DNA of 58,829 nt, the filler included, from an uncultured bacterium (GTDB lineage Bacteria > Auribacterota > CAZIXI01), in NCBI GenBank assembly GCA_964543115.1. It is 3 parts of 3 records of this genome, joined end to end, with 100 filler letters (N's around TTAATTAATTAA, not from the genome) between each part and the next. Parts side by side here need not be neighbours in the genome. Positions count along the whole stretch, not along the records: positions 39,706 to 58,829 come from CAZIXI010000039.1; 2 more parts are not named here. One strand, written 5' to 3'. Positions 39,708 through 51,700 of this stretch are shown here, in pieces (the stretch's first letter is position 1; the number at the start of each line of letters is the position of its first letter). The notes beneath the pieces were generated by a model, which was not told the origin of the DNA, ran no database searches, and saw only the letters and a list, made by a program, of their open reading frames with translations. Both the position numbers and the translations under genes were made by a program.

Positions 39708-41735
39708 ATACTAGTAATCATTTTTTTTATTTTTTTAGCTTTTTTGTTTACATTTCCTTTAATACTTAATCTGACGAGCAGTATCTATGGCTGGGAAGAG
39801 TTTCCGGATGATCCCTTAGGGACCTTATGGTGGATCTGGTGGTATGCGACGGCCTGGAGTGAAGGGGTGTCGGCTGATTATGTCCCGCTGGTGGCTTATC
39901 CCTTCGGTCTTGATTGGGCGGCGCGGCCGATTTCTCCTTTATTAGATTATCCAGTGGGCGCCTTAAATTTTCTCTTGGGCAATGAAATACTCACCTATAA
40001 TATTATTACCCTAGCGGGGCTTTTTCTTTCTTTAGTAATGATGTATCTGCTGGTCCGTAAGCTAACCGGGAGTATTCCTACTGGTGTGCTAGCGGCAATT
40101 ATTTTTTCCTTGGCGCCGGATCAATTATTGCATTGCGGTCAGCATCTGGGAATGGCGGTATCCTTCTTTATTCCGCTTTACCTTTTTTGCCTTTATCGTC
40201 TCTCTTTCGACTTGAACGGAAAGAATGTTTTCTTCTGTAGTTTAGTGTTTTCCCTGCTTTCTTTGAGTAATTACTATTACGGGTATTTTATGGGGATCTT
40301 TAGTGTTTTTTGGGTTATCTGGATGATTGTGGTTAAAAAAAGGGATTTCTTAAATCTGCGTAACATTAGTTTATTGATCGGTGGGGCAGTACTGGCGGTT
40401 GTGATTATTGCACCTTTTATAATCCCAAAGATGATTAAATATGCTGGTCCCCTCTATCGGCATGATTACCGGGATCTTTTTAAATATGCTGCCAGGTGGT
40501 GGGATTATTTTATCCCAACGGAATTTCATCCCCTTTGGGGCAGGGCGGGGCTTTCCCGCCATTATTTTGAGCGGAGCTTATATCTTGGTTATTTACCCCT
40601 GAGTTTGGTAGTTATTGCCGTAGTGGGCTGGTGGCGGAAGAGGATAGTAAGTCCGGTAGTACCGTTTCTGGCGCTTACTGTCTGCTTGTTTTTTGTTTTT
40701 TCCCTGGCGCCGGTATTTCGTCTGGGCCGGTTAGTCATTCCTAATCTTGGCTTTTTTGCCTATCGTTTTTTCCCGATGTTTAGGGTTTATGCCCGGATGG
40801 GGATAGTTGTTCTTGCTGCCGTCGCTATTCTGGCGGCCTTTGGCCTCAATTATCTTCTTTCCTTGATTCCTCAGGTCTGGGGAAAAAAACTACTGGCGGG
40901 CTTTTGCCTTACTGTTCTTTTGTTAGAGTATTTTAACATTCCTCCCTATCATAATATTGATCTTTCCTCCACTCCGGCTGTCTATCAGTGGCTGGCGAAG
41001 CAGCCGGCAGAAACGGTGATTGTGGAGTATCCTTTTGCCCGGGCAACAACAGGAAAGCAGAGCCATTATCTTTTCTATCAGACTAGACACAAAAAGAAAA
41101 TGATTAATGGAGCGCCGGAAGGTTCATTGGGGGATGCCTGTCGTCGCCAATGTGTGCGGCCCTGGAGTAAAGATGCGGCTGCTTTACTGGCCTATCTGGG
41201 GGCGGAATATCTAGTCGTGCATAAGGATGATTATCAAGAGAGCGAGTTAACACGCATAAGGCAAAATTCCGGATTGATTTTAGCCAAAGAGTTTCCCTTT
41301 GCTTCAGTTTATCTTGTGAGAGCTAAAGCACCGGAATTGGTTACTGTTTTCTGGGAAAATTTTGGCAGTTGGGAAAAATGGGCCGGCGACAACCTGTGGC
41401 GCTGGCTGGGTAATAACGCCACTATTTGGCTTGGCGATAATAAGAAACAAAGGAAAGTTAAAGTTTCTTTTATAATAAAATCATTTATTAAGGAAAGAGA
41501 ATTACAGATTTTTCTGAATAATCAACTGCTAAAGAAAATGAATATTCAGGCGGCAAAAGAAGTTATCTTAGGAGATGTTCTTCTTCCGCCCGGTGAGAAT
41601 ACACTTAAATTCTATTCTCCGCAGGGAGAAGATTGTATCGGCGATGTTTTGGGCAATAATGACAAACGCTGTGTCGCCTTCGCCTTGAGTGATTTTAAGA
41701 TTGAGGAATCATTAAAAAGTAAGGAGATTGACTGA
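39708..41735 (+). CDS. Polytopic GT-C-like membrane protein (same broad family as 36132-39404), 5' end at contig edge
   Basis: DDPLGTLW, MFRVYARM, VEYP, MINGA; frame open to the spacer. Confidence 0.75.
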   Translation: MLVIIFFIFLAFLFTFPLILNLTSSIYGWEEFPDDPLGTLWWIWWYATAWSEGVSADYVPLVAYPFGLDWAARPISPLLDYPVGALNFLLGNEILTYNIITLAGLFLSLVMMYLLVRKLTGSIPTGVLAAIIFSLAPDQLLHCGQHLGMAVSFFIPLYLFCLYRLSFDLNGKNVFFCSLVFSLLSLSNYYYGYFMGIFSVFWVIWMIVVKKRDFLNLRNISLLIGGAVLAVVIIAPFIIPKMIKYAGPLYRHDYRDLFKYAARWWDYFIPTEFHPLWGRAGLSRHYFERSLYLGYLPLSLVVIAVVGWWRKRIVSPVVPFLALTVCLFFVFSLAPVFRLGRLVIPNLGFFAYRFFPMFRVYARMGIVVLAAVAILAAFGLNYLLSLIPQVWGKKLLAGFCLTVLLLEYFNIPPYHNIDLSSTPAVYQWLAKQPAETVIVEYPFARATTGKQSHYLFYQTRHKKKMINGAPEGSLGDACRRQCVRPWSKDAAALLAYLGAEYLVVHKDDYQESELTRIRQNSGLILAKEFPFASVYLVRAKAPELVTVFWENFGSWEKWAGDNLWRWLGNNATIWLGDNKKQRKVKVSFIIKSFIKERELQIFLNNQLLKKMNIQAAKEVILGDVLLPPGENTLKFYSPQGEDCIGDVLGNNDKRCVAFALSDFKIEESLKSKEID

Positions 41736-43921
41736 TGAAGTTTAAGCTGTGTATCCCTAAATTAGTAGACTTTCTTGTTTTTTTTAATTTCTGGATTATT
41801 GTGCTCATGCTGCTAAGCGGGGTGTATGAATACCATCCCTTTGGTTTTGCCTTCGGGCTGATCAAGTTTCAGTCGATTGCCTGGCCGCTGGTTAGTCTGG
41901 TAATGCTACTCTTTATTAAGCGTTATTTGGACCAAAAAAGAGAGAGGCCCTTGCCGCCGGTCTTTCAGCAGCCCCAACATTATCTGATTTTGTTATTTAT
42001 CCTGTTTAATCTGTTTGTTGTGCCGGTATTACTTAATAATTACTATAATTTCAATCTGATTACACCAAATGATTTTTGCAGCCGGGTGCAGGCGGTGTAC
42101 AATACTTTCAATGGGAACCCGCTGCAGTCCGGTATCTGGCCCTGGACCAGAGAGGTTCCTTTTGGTGTTTTTGGCGACCATTTTTTCGGTTTGTTAGTCT
42201 TTTTCATCCCCTTTTGCTTTATTTTTCGTAATGCCGAATATCTTTTTATCTTACAGACATTTATCTTTTCTGCCAGTATCTTTCCCCTGTTTTTACTTGC
42301 CAGAGTCAGATTGAAAAATGCCTGGTTGGGGTTACTGATCAGCCTTTGTTTTTTGTTATATCCCTTAACAATAAGGCTGTTGTTTTTTGATTTCCGCCTG
42401 GAGTATTTTGCTGTTTTCTTTCTTTTTTGGGCCTTCTATTTTCTTCAGCAATCGAGATTGAAATGGGTAGTGGTTTTTCTGCTCTTGGCCGCTCTTTGTA
42501 AACAAAACATCCTGCTGGTAACGGCCTTCTTTGGTTTATACATGCTTCTGTTTACCCGGGGAAAAGGCCAGCGGCTGGCGGGTTTGTTTATCGGCCTTAT
42601 TAGTGTGGGCATCCTTTTAATTTATTTAAAGGTTATCGGACCCTTCTTCTCGGTGGGGGGGGTGTACGATCCGCTGGTACATTATCTTGATTTAAAGAGC
42701 TTTCTTGGCAATAGCAGGCTTTATCTCGGCCGGATGTTCAGTGCGCCTAAGCTGGGTTTTTTCTTTGATCAGTTTAAGCTGCTTTGGTTTTTGCCCTTTC
42801 TGGCTAAAGAGATTATTTTAGTGGTGCCGGGGCTGTTTCAGAATTTGGTAAGTGATCTTTTTACTGACGATCCTATTTTTGTAACGGTAAATATCTGGCA
42901 CAGCACTGTTTTACTGCCCTTTATTTTTATTGCTTTTGTTTATGGTTTGGCTAATCTTTTTTCCCGGCTAAAACTGGGACAAAGAAAGTGGTTGTCTGTT
43001 CCGCTGCTAGTGCTCATTTTTTCACTTTCTCTAAGCAGCGGCGGGGAGCTGTTTTATAAGAAGATCTTATTGCCTTTTAAGTGCGAAAAATTATGGCAGA
43101 CAGGGAAGCCGGGGTATTATAAGAGAGTGGAACAGATCAAAAGTTATCTTCCCAGGGATAAGGCGATCATTGTGCAGTTACCGCTCATCCATCTTTTTTA
43201 TGATCACGAACGTGTGTATCAAGGCCGTAACCGTTTCTTGACCAGGGAAGAGGATGATCAGTCGGTCAGGTATGTCCTCTATTCTGATCAGGTTAGCTAT
43301 AAACATCGTTCCGGTAATGTGGATGACAGAGATTTGATTAAGGAACTGATTGCTGAAGGTAAATTCGGCCGGGTGCTAAACAGAGATGGCTTTGTGCTTT
43401 TTGAGCGGCTAGCTGAAACACCTTACAAATTCCATCTGGGAGAAGAGAATTCCGCAGAGAGATTGTTGTTTTCCGGTCATAATATTCAATCCTCGCGGCA
43501 GATTAGTGATCACGAGGGCCTGACCGTCCGGGTAGAGTTCGATGGCGGGCCGGAGGAGGATGAATATTTAAAAATAGAGTTTAAAAACCTTTATCTTAAT
43601 TTACGTGATTATGGCTGGCTGAGTTTAGATTATGAAGTAGAAGATAGTGCTGTTCAGACAATAGAAATAGTTATTGGGATCGATACAAACGGTGATGGCC
43701 TGGCGGATTGCTGGGGGCGGCGCCTTTATCCCGTGCCGGCGGCAGAAGAAAGAGGTGAGTATGTGATTTCTCTTTGCCGCCTGCTGGGGGAGCAGTATCC
43801 TGATAAAGAAAATTGTAATCTCTCTGTGCTGGAAATTTACCCGCACAAGCTCTGGGGCGCCGATTGCCGCGGGCAGAAGAAAGAGTATCAATTCAAGCTG
43901 TATAAGGTGAATTTGTTTTAG
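41735..43921 (+). CDS. DUF2079 membrane protein with the C-terminal shared FDG/EIY-HK-W domain
   Basis: GDHF, DFRLE, CKQN, WHS motifs; domain at 43520-43918. Confidence 0.8.
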   Translation: MKFKLCIPKLVDFLVFFNFWIIVLMLLSGVYEYHPFGFAFGLIKFQSIAWPLVSLVMLLFIKRYLDQKRERPLPPVFQQPQHYLILLFILFNLFVVPVLLNNYYNFNLITPNDFCSRVQAVYNTFNGNPLQSGIWPWTREVPFGVFGDHFFGLLVFFIPFCFIFRNAEYLFILQTFIFSASIFPLFLLARVRLKNAWLGLLISLCFLLYPLTIRLLFFDFRLEYFAVFFLFWAFYFLQQSRLKWVVVFLLLAALCKQNILLVTAFFGLYMLLFTRGKGQRLAGLFIGLISVGILLIYLKVIGPFFSVGGVYDPLVHYLDLKSFLGNSRLYLGRMFSAPKLGFFFDQFKLLWFLPFLAKEIILVVPGLFQNLVSDLFTDDPIFVTVNIWHSTVLLPFIFIAFVYGLANLFSRLKLGQRKWLSVPLLVLIFSLSLSSGGELFYKKILLPFKCEKLWQTGKPGYYKRVEQIKSYLPRDKAIIVQLPLIHLFYDHERVYQGRNRFLTREEDDQSVRYVLYSDQVSYKHRSGNVDDRDLIKELIAEGKFGRVLNRDGFVLFERLAETPYKFHLGEENSAERLLFSGHNIQSSRQISDHEGLTVRVEFDGGPEEDEYLKIEFKNLYLNLRDYGWLSLDYEVEDSAVQTIEIVIGIDTNGDGLADCWGRRLYPVPAAEERGEYVISLCRLLGEQYPDKENCNLSVLEIYPHKLWGADCRGQKKEYQFKLYKVNLF

Positions 43922-43968
43922 CCACGGATTACACTGACGAGCTAAGCTCGAAATTATTTTTTTAATTC

Positions 43969-45663
43969 GTGAAACCCGCGAGCGAAGCTCGATCGGTGGC
44001 TAAAAAATATATGAAATCGATTTTGATAAAGCTCAGGCTGATTTTTACCCCCCTCATAGGATTTATTACATTTTTCTCTTTCTTCCTCTTTCTGGCGGTT
44101 TTTGTTTTTGGGGGATTTGTTTACCGGCCGCTGGGTTTGGCGGTAGATACTTTTCTGTCGCCTTTAGCGGTGTTTGTAGTCAGTGGCCTGCTTTGTTGGC
44201 GCCTGCGGTCTTTTACGAAAATCTGGACCAATCCTTGGTATTACCTGTGGGCGATCCTGATCGTATATAATGCCCTTATTATTCCGGTGGTGCTATATAA
44301 ATATTATTCTTTTGGTTTCGGCAATGCCCATGACCTGGCTCTCCACCATCAGGGATTGTGGTACACCTGCCGCGGTCAATGGCTGCGCAGTGATATTATT
44401 AATTGGTATATGCCCTTTGAAAACTGGAATTTGCTTAAGGATCATTACTATTTTATTATTCTTTTGCTCGCTCCCTTTTATTATTTATTTCAGGAAGCAA
44501 GCTTTCTGTTGGTTGCCCAGGCCGCGGCAGTCAGCCTGGCCGCGGTGCCGATATTTCTTCTTGCTTCTAGGGTGTTAAAAAACAGCTGGTGGGCCCTGTT
44601 GACGGCCTTGCTGTACTTGTTTTATCCTCTGGTTCTGGGTTTGCCTTTCAGTGAATCCCGCTTTGAATATTATGCTATTCCGCTGATATTGTTTGCTTTT
44701 TATTTTAAACAAAGGGAAAGAATAATATTGGTGCTGGTGCTATTATTCCTGGCGGGTTTGTGTAAAGAAGATGTGTATCTGGCTGTTGCCAGTGTGGGTG
44801 TATATCTGCTTTTATTTCCGCGACAAGCCAGGGGTTATCGCTGGCTGGGTCTGGTGATTGCTGTAGTCAGCCTGGGTTTGTTTCTTTGCCTGGTTGTTTT
44901 TATTCCCAGGCTGCGGGGTTATGGCTACATTAATAGTAAGATCATTGAAGACGCGCAAACGTTTATTGTGAATCCGGCATTGATTCTTACGCCGGTTAAG
45001 ATCAATTATTTCTTTAATCTTTTCAGGTATTTGTGGTTTGTACCTTTGTTTAGCCCGCTTATTTTACTGGCCCTACCATTTCTAGCCATTAATTTGCTAA
45101 TAGATGATGTAGCCGTTATTATGCATATCTGGCACGCGGCGCTGATTGTGCCTTTTCTTTTTATTTCTTTTATTTACGGATTGCGTTATTTGCGGAAGAA
45201 ATTCCCGGCGGCCCGGGCAGGGATTTGCATCTGGTTTATTTTTTGTTCCCTCTTTTATTACGGCGGCAGGGAGTTTGATGCCCGGGTGGTGAGTAAATTA
45301 ATTAAACGAAATATTTTCAGTTGTCCCCAGCCGGCTTTGTATCAGGAATACAGGAAAGTTCAGTGTTTGCTCCCAGATGAAAGTTCTGTCTTTACGCAAT
45401 TCCAGCTTTTGCCAAACCTTTCTAATCGCCCAAATATTTTTTGGTATAATAATATCTGTTCGGCCGGAGAAGGGGCTTTCCCGGCGGATGTGAAGGCGGA
45501 CTATTTGTTTTATTCTCCGTCACTATGGCTGCGGGACAAGAAGATGCTGGATCAGGACGGGTTTCTTCGCGCAGAAAAGATACTCTGGGATGAATTACTG
45601 GCTGGTGGCCGCTATAAAGAAATCTTTCGCTCGAATAATTTTGTCTTAATGGCGAGAAAATAA
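43969..45663 (+). CDS. DUF2079 membrane protein (start uncertain; ATG 43999 plausible)
   Basis: HDLALHHQGLW, KDHYY, SRFE, CKED, WHAA. Confidence 0.8.
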   Translation: MKPASEARSVAKKYMKSILIKLRLIFTPLIGFITFFSFFLFLAVFVFGGFVYRPLGLAVDTFLSPLAVFVVSGLLCWRLRSFTKIWTNPWYYLWAILIVYNALIIPVVLYKYYSFGFGNAHDLALHHQGLWYTCRGQWLRSDIINWYMPFENWNLLKDHYYFIILLLAPFYYLFQEASFLLVAQAAAVSLAAVPIFLLASRVLKNSWWALLTALLYLFYPLVLGLPFSESRFEYYAIPLILFAFYFKQRERIILVLVLLFLAGLCKEDVYLAVASVGVYLLLFPRQARGYRWLGLVIAVVSLGLFLCLVVFIPRLRGYGYINSKIIEDAQTFIVNPALILTPVKINYFFNLFRYLWFVPLFSPLILLALPFLAINLLIDDVAVIMHIWHAALIVPFLFISFIYGLRYLRKKFPAARAGICIWFIFCSLFYYGGREFDARVVSKLIKRNIFSCPQPALYQEYRKVQCLLPDESSVFTQFQLLPNLSNRPNIFWYNNICSAGEGAFPADVKADYLFYSPSLWLRDKKMLDQDGFLRAEKILWDELLAGGRYKEIFRSNNFVLMARK

Positions 45664-45703
45664 ACTGTATTCAAAAACCCGCACGTGACACACTAAATCG
45701 GTT

Positions 45704-48700
45704 CTATTCAACGCCTAGGGACGCATGCCCACCCACCATCGGGACTTCACCATAGCTGGAATTTGAGCTTGACCAGTACATGGCCCGTTCCACAATTACC
45801 GGTATGTTATTCACTGATTCGATTAAAGTGGAAAGAGAGTGATCGGGCAGATAATCGTCCACGTGGATAGTATAGCGGCTGGTGGCGCCAATATTGATAT
45901 ATTCCTCATGTGTGCTGCCGTCGGTCATCATAAAGGTTACCTTTATGCGGGCGTCAGTGCTGTTGGGGTTCATGATCGGGATCCACTCATCAAAGGTGCC
46001 GCTGGTACAACCTTCGGCCAGGTTCCAGCGCAGTGAAGCGTTGCTGGTACCGGGGGATACGTGCCCGCCGATCCAGGGGATACCGTTAATATCCCAGTAC
46101 ATTGCCCGTTCCGCGACTACGGGCACATCACTTTCTATCTGGGTCGAGATGGATTCATCAGGTACGTGGCTGTTAGCGTGAATGGTGTATCTGGCTGTTG
46201 GCCCGATGATAATGTTTTCTGTCACCGTACTGCCGTCGGGTTTCATGAACTGGACGCTGACATTTGCTTCCTGGCTGTTAGGATTCATTATCAGTATCCA
46301 TTCGCTGAATCCAGCCGCCGTACAGCCTTCAGCCAGGTACCAGCTGGTTGCCGGATTGGTGATCCCCGTGGCAATATGTCCGCCGATCCAGCTATAGCCG
46401 CTGCTGTTCCAGTACATCGATCTTTCCGCGGCAATCGGCAGACTGGAGGAAATAATCGTGGATACCGATTCGTTTGGTACGTGTTCGTTTACATAAATCG
46501 TGTAACGGCTGGTTGCCGGAATGCTGAATTGTTTATCAATGGTCGAGCCGTCAGGTTTAACAAAAGAAACATAGACTGTTGCCTCCTGGCTTTGCGGATT
46601 CATTAACGGGATCCAGGTATCAAAACCGTTGGCGGTGCAGCCTTCCGCAAAGTAGAATTGTGTGCTTAGACTGCTTGTTCCCGGGGTACAGTGCCCGCCG
46701 GCCCAGCTGATATCACCGGAATTCCAGTAGAGGGCGCGTTCAGCGATAATGGTTACGTTATTTAATGATTCCACCATGGTGGAAATAGATTCATTGGGTA
46801 CAGAATCATTAGCGTAAATTGTCAGCCGGCTCTTGGCGCCCACGGACAAATATTTTTCCACTACCGAACCGTCTGGTTTCATAAAGGTAACCTTGACGGA
46901 GGCCTCACTTTCATTAGGGTTCATAATCAGCACAAACTGGTCGAAGCCGTCAGTACAGCCTTCGGCCAGATACCATTTGAGTTCCGGTTGGACATTGACC
47001 GTTAACTTTAATTCGATATCAACCGCACTGCTGCTGCTGGAGTTACTGCTGATGCGGAGATTGCCGATATATTCTCCGGCCGGTACCTCTCCATTATAGT
47101 AGAGGGTTATTTCTGTTGCTTCCCCCGGGGCCAGGGTATCGATATTTGGGCTGGCACTGATCCAGTCGGGGGTGGTGATTGAACCGTAGACATTCACATC
47201 ATCAATATACCAGCCTTCATAACTATTGGAAATGCCGTCAATGCTATAAAAGATGAAAATTACCCTGATTTGGTCACCGCAGTAATCAGACAGGTCAAGC
47301 AGGCCGGAATAATGCCAGCTGGCCGCTGAGGAATCGGCGGAGGATTTGTACCAGATGGTATCGGAACTATAATCGCTGTATTTATAAATATTTATATAAC
47401 AAAGATCATATTGTCCTGGATAGCTCTCTACTTCGCGCCAATAATGAAAGCTCAAACCGGCGTCAGAAACTTCCGTGAGGTCAATTACCGGACTCATTAA
47501 GGTGCCGTAATTACCGGCGCCGGTATCATAGTCCCGCTGACTTTCCCGGCCGTAATAGAAACTGGTATTACTGCTTTTATAACGGTTATGGCTCAGGTGC
47601 CAGAGGGCCTCTCCGCCGTTACCGTCGGTGCCGGAAACTGTCCAGCCGTTGGTGCCGCTTTCCATATCGTCGCTGTAGATGGCCACCCCTTTAGAGGTGG
47701 TGGCGGAAACAAGATTGGATATGCCGGAGGCGTTGGCCACATTATCATTGACCTTAATCGCGAAATAATAAAGAGTATCTTCCGCCAGAGAGGTAACGGC
47801 AAAAGATTCTTTGTTACCGGCACCGCTGGGGGCCGGTGTGCTGCTGGCCTGTGTTGCCTGGCTGAAGTTAGCGCTGGTGATCGCACTGGTTGAATAGCGT
47901 ACATCATAACTGGCTGCCGTTCCGCTTTTTCCGTCGTCACCGGTAGCGGTCCAGTTAAGAGTTATTGATTGGAAGCTGATTGCCGAAACTGCCAGATTAT
48001 CAATGGCTGACGGGGGAGTATTATCTTCCTCCAGTTCTAGGGCATTAAGGGCATTGAGGCGTCCACCGGTGACGCATTTACCGTTTAAGGCGGAAGTAAC
48101 TACTGCCCCGTTGAGGATGGCGGCCTTTAGCTGAGCGGCATTAAGACTGGAATTCTTGGCCAGTACAAGTCCGGCTACACCGCTGACATGCGGGGTTGCC
48201 ATCGAGGTGCCGCTGAAACTGGAATAACTGTTGCCCGGTACCGTGCTGTAAATACTTACTCCTGGGGCGCCGATATCCACCGAGGTTGCTCCGTAGCAGG
48301 AGAAATAGGCCAGAGAAACATTATGGTCAATAGCGGCAACCGAGATAATGTTAGTAGAATCATAACTTGCCGGATATGAGGGTGATTGGTCATTATTGGT
48401 ACCGGAATTTCCCGCTGCCGCCACAAAAAGCACATCTTTCGCCTTGGCGTATTCTACCGCGTCTTTCAGGGCCTGGGAATAACCGCCGCCGCCCCAGCTG
48501 TTGCTGAGGATCTTGGCGCCGTTATCGGCAGCATAGATTATTCCTTCAATCGCATCTGAGGTAGAGCCCCAGCCGCCGCCGGAGAGGAATTTAACGGCCA
48601 TTACCTGTGCTGTCCAGTTAACGCCGGCTACGCCGGTACCGTTATTACCTACACCGGCGATTGTGCCGGCGCAGTGTGTGCCGTGATTGTTATCGTCATA

Positions 48701-51700
48701 AGGATCACCGTCATTATTGTAAAAGTCATAACCATAATAATCATCTACATAACCGTTGGCGTCATCATCAATTCCGTTACCCGCTATTTCATCGGTATTT
48801 TTCCACATATTGGCTGCAAGATCGCTGTGATTATAATCAATACCGGTATCAATAACGGCAATAATTACGGTACTGGAACCGGTGGTAAGATTCCAGGCCT
48901 CCGGGGCGTCGATGTCCGCATCGGCTTTACCGCCGCTCTGGCCGGTGTTGTGCAGACCCCAAAGCTCGGAGAATTTCGCGTCATTGGGGGTTTTTAGTGC
49001 CTGCAGTTCATAGTCCGGTTCAGCATAGGCCACGGAGTCATCTTTCATGTAGAGATTAATTGCCTCACGCAACTCTATCCCGGAATGGATTTCTACTTTA
49101 TGTAGGCCGATTTCCTGATAGATATTAACCGTTTCCGCTCCCACCAGGGCATTGATTGATTCCGCCTGCAGTGAAGAGATTCCGTCTTTGTATTTTACCA
49201 ACAGTCTGTTCGGGGCATGAGTTGCCTGGAAATTTGCGCCGTTTTCCGCTTCCGCGTAATCCGGATCAATTAATTGTCCTTCGGCATCCGGAACCGCCAT
49301 TTGTGCTTGCGCGAAAGAATTATTATTACTATAGATATTAGTGCTCGTTTCATTTAGGGTGACACTAAAACTCAGGTCCGCTTCGCCGGTGCTTTTAATG
49401 TTCAGGGACTGAGTGGTGGTATCACCATAATTTAGAGTTACCTCTGGTATCATAGTTGGCGCCACCTCAATGCTTGCTTCCGGCGCCTGATAGGTTACGG
49501 TAATGGAGGTAGAATTGGAATTATCGGCCCGATCTTTACCCTGGGCGGTAATGGTGTTTTTCCCTGCGGAGAGATTAAGGGCGCCGAAAGAGAAGTTTGT
49601 GCCGGAGATAGCAGCCACCCGGCCGTTAACCGTTACCTCGGTTACGGTTTCATTTGCGTAGCCGTTGATGTTTATTGAGGCTGTTTTGGTTACCGCTCCG
49701 TTTTTGGGTGAACTTATTTTTATTGTCGGTGCCTTTGTATCAAGATAAACGGTGATTGAAGATTGTGAACGGTTGCCAACTTCATCAATGGCGGTGATAT
49801 TGATATTGTTTTGTCCTTCGTTCAGGCTGATGCCGTCGGCATTGAAATTGTGGCTTTCCACGGAGGCCGCCAGGCCGTTAACGGTTACCGAGCCGATGTC
49901 GTTGGCGTCGCTGACCGTACCGGAAACAGTGATTTTCTTACTTTTTAGATAGGCGCCGTTTTGTGGTGAGGTTATCGAGATAGCCGGGGCGATAGTGTCC
50001 TTAATAACGGTAATGGAGGCAGTCTGGGTATTGCCCGCCTTATCTATTGATTGGGCGGTAATGGTGTTAGTGCCTTCATCCAGAGAAATATTTGCTACCA
50101 GGAAGCTGGAGCCGTTCAGTGCGGCCGCTTTACTGTTTACCGTTACCGTGGAGATTTCCAGGTTGTCGCTGGCGGTGCCGCTGGCGGTTACGGTACTGCT
50201 GCTGGTTTTTGAGCCGTCAGCCGGTGAGCTGATATTAATTGACGGTTGAGTAGTGTCCACAATCAAGGTTATGGATTTTGTCGTGGTGCCGGCAGAGTTG
50301 GTGGCCACTGCGGAAATAGTATTTGTACCTTCGCTGAGTGTAATTGTCGCGCCAAAACTGTTGTTACTGATTGCGGCAGTAGTGTTGTTTACCTTAACAA
50401 CAGAATAATTGTAGTCAATGGTGCCTGAAATATCTATTTGTTTTTTATTAAGCAGTGTTCCGGTAGTGTGTGAGCTGAACTCGATTTCAGGCGGCCCGGA
50501 CGGCGGGGTTGGTTCAACAATCATTGAGGCCGGTACAATAACCAGGTTGTTATCGGGATCATTAGTGCTGACGTTTATTTCCGTGGAAAAACTGCCCGGA
50601 TCCAGGTCTAGAGCACTATAGGTAAAAGTAACGGTAGTGCTGGCTGCCGGGGCCACCGTGCCGCTGGTTTTGTCCGGGGTCAGCCAGCCGCAGGCGGTTG
50701 CTGAGCCCAAAACAACAATATCATCAATGTGCCAACCGTCGGTGGTAATACTGTAATCGGTGACCAAGCGGAACCTGATCTTGATCTCTTTTCCGGCATA
50801 GGCGTTTATGTCCAGCGATTCATTTACCCAACTGTTCTGCATACTGGTGTAAGATTTTATCTGCGTCCAGCTGCTGCCATTATCAGAGGAAATTTCTACA
50901 TAACCATAGTCATAATTTTTCTCCAGGGCATATTTATGCCAGAATTTAATTGAGGCGCTCTTTAGTTTTGTCAGGTCCAGTGTTGAGGAAGTAAGGCTGA
51001 CGTCAATATTGTTGTCGTACAAGCTCTGTGGGCTATCGCTCCAGCAGGTAATCGTGCTTTTGGCAGTTTCATCTGTTTGAGCCCAGGGTGATTGTGCTGA
51101 CCAGTTGCCGGAGCCGTTTTCCATATTGTCCTGGAAGATAATGGTTGGGGTAGCGGTAACGCCGCTCTTAACATTAGAAAGCGTACTCCAGTTACCGACA
51201 TTATCCTTAACTTTAAGGGCGAAATAATAAGTAGTATTATATTCCAGGCCGCTGACGATTACTGATTCCATTGTGCCGGCCGCCTTCGGGGTGGGTTCGC
51301 CGGCTACCTGGGTAGCAGAACTAAAATTATCAGCGGTAATGGTTTCGCTGGAATAACGCAGATCATAACCGGTAGCGGTTCCCGTTAGACCGTCGTCTCC
51401 GCTGGCTGTCCAGCTGAGGGTGATAGACTTAAATGTTTTTCCGGTGGTCACCAAATCGCTGATCGCGGCCGGCGGCACTTCATCATCCTCTTTTTGAATA
51501 GCGTTAAAAACGTTGAGGCAGCCCCCGGTAGTTGATTTACCGGTTAAGGCGGCAATTGGTTCTGCGGCCTCCAGGATTGTGGCCTTTACCTGGGCAGCGG
51601 TCAATGTTGGTTTTTGTCCCCAGACAAGGGCGCAGGCGCCGCTGACATGCGGTGTGGCCATGGAGGTGCCGCTGTATTTACCATAAGAATTATTAGGCAG

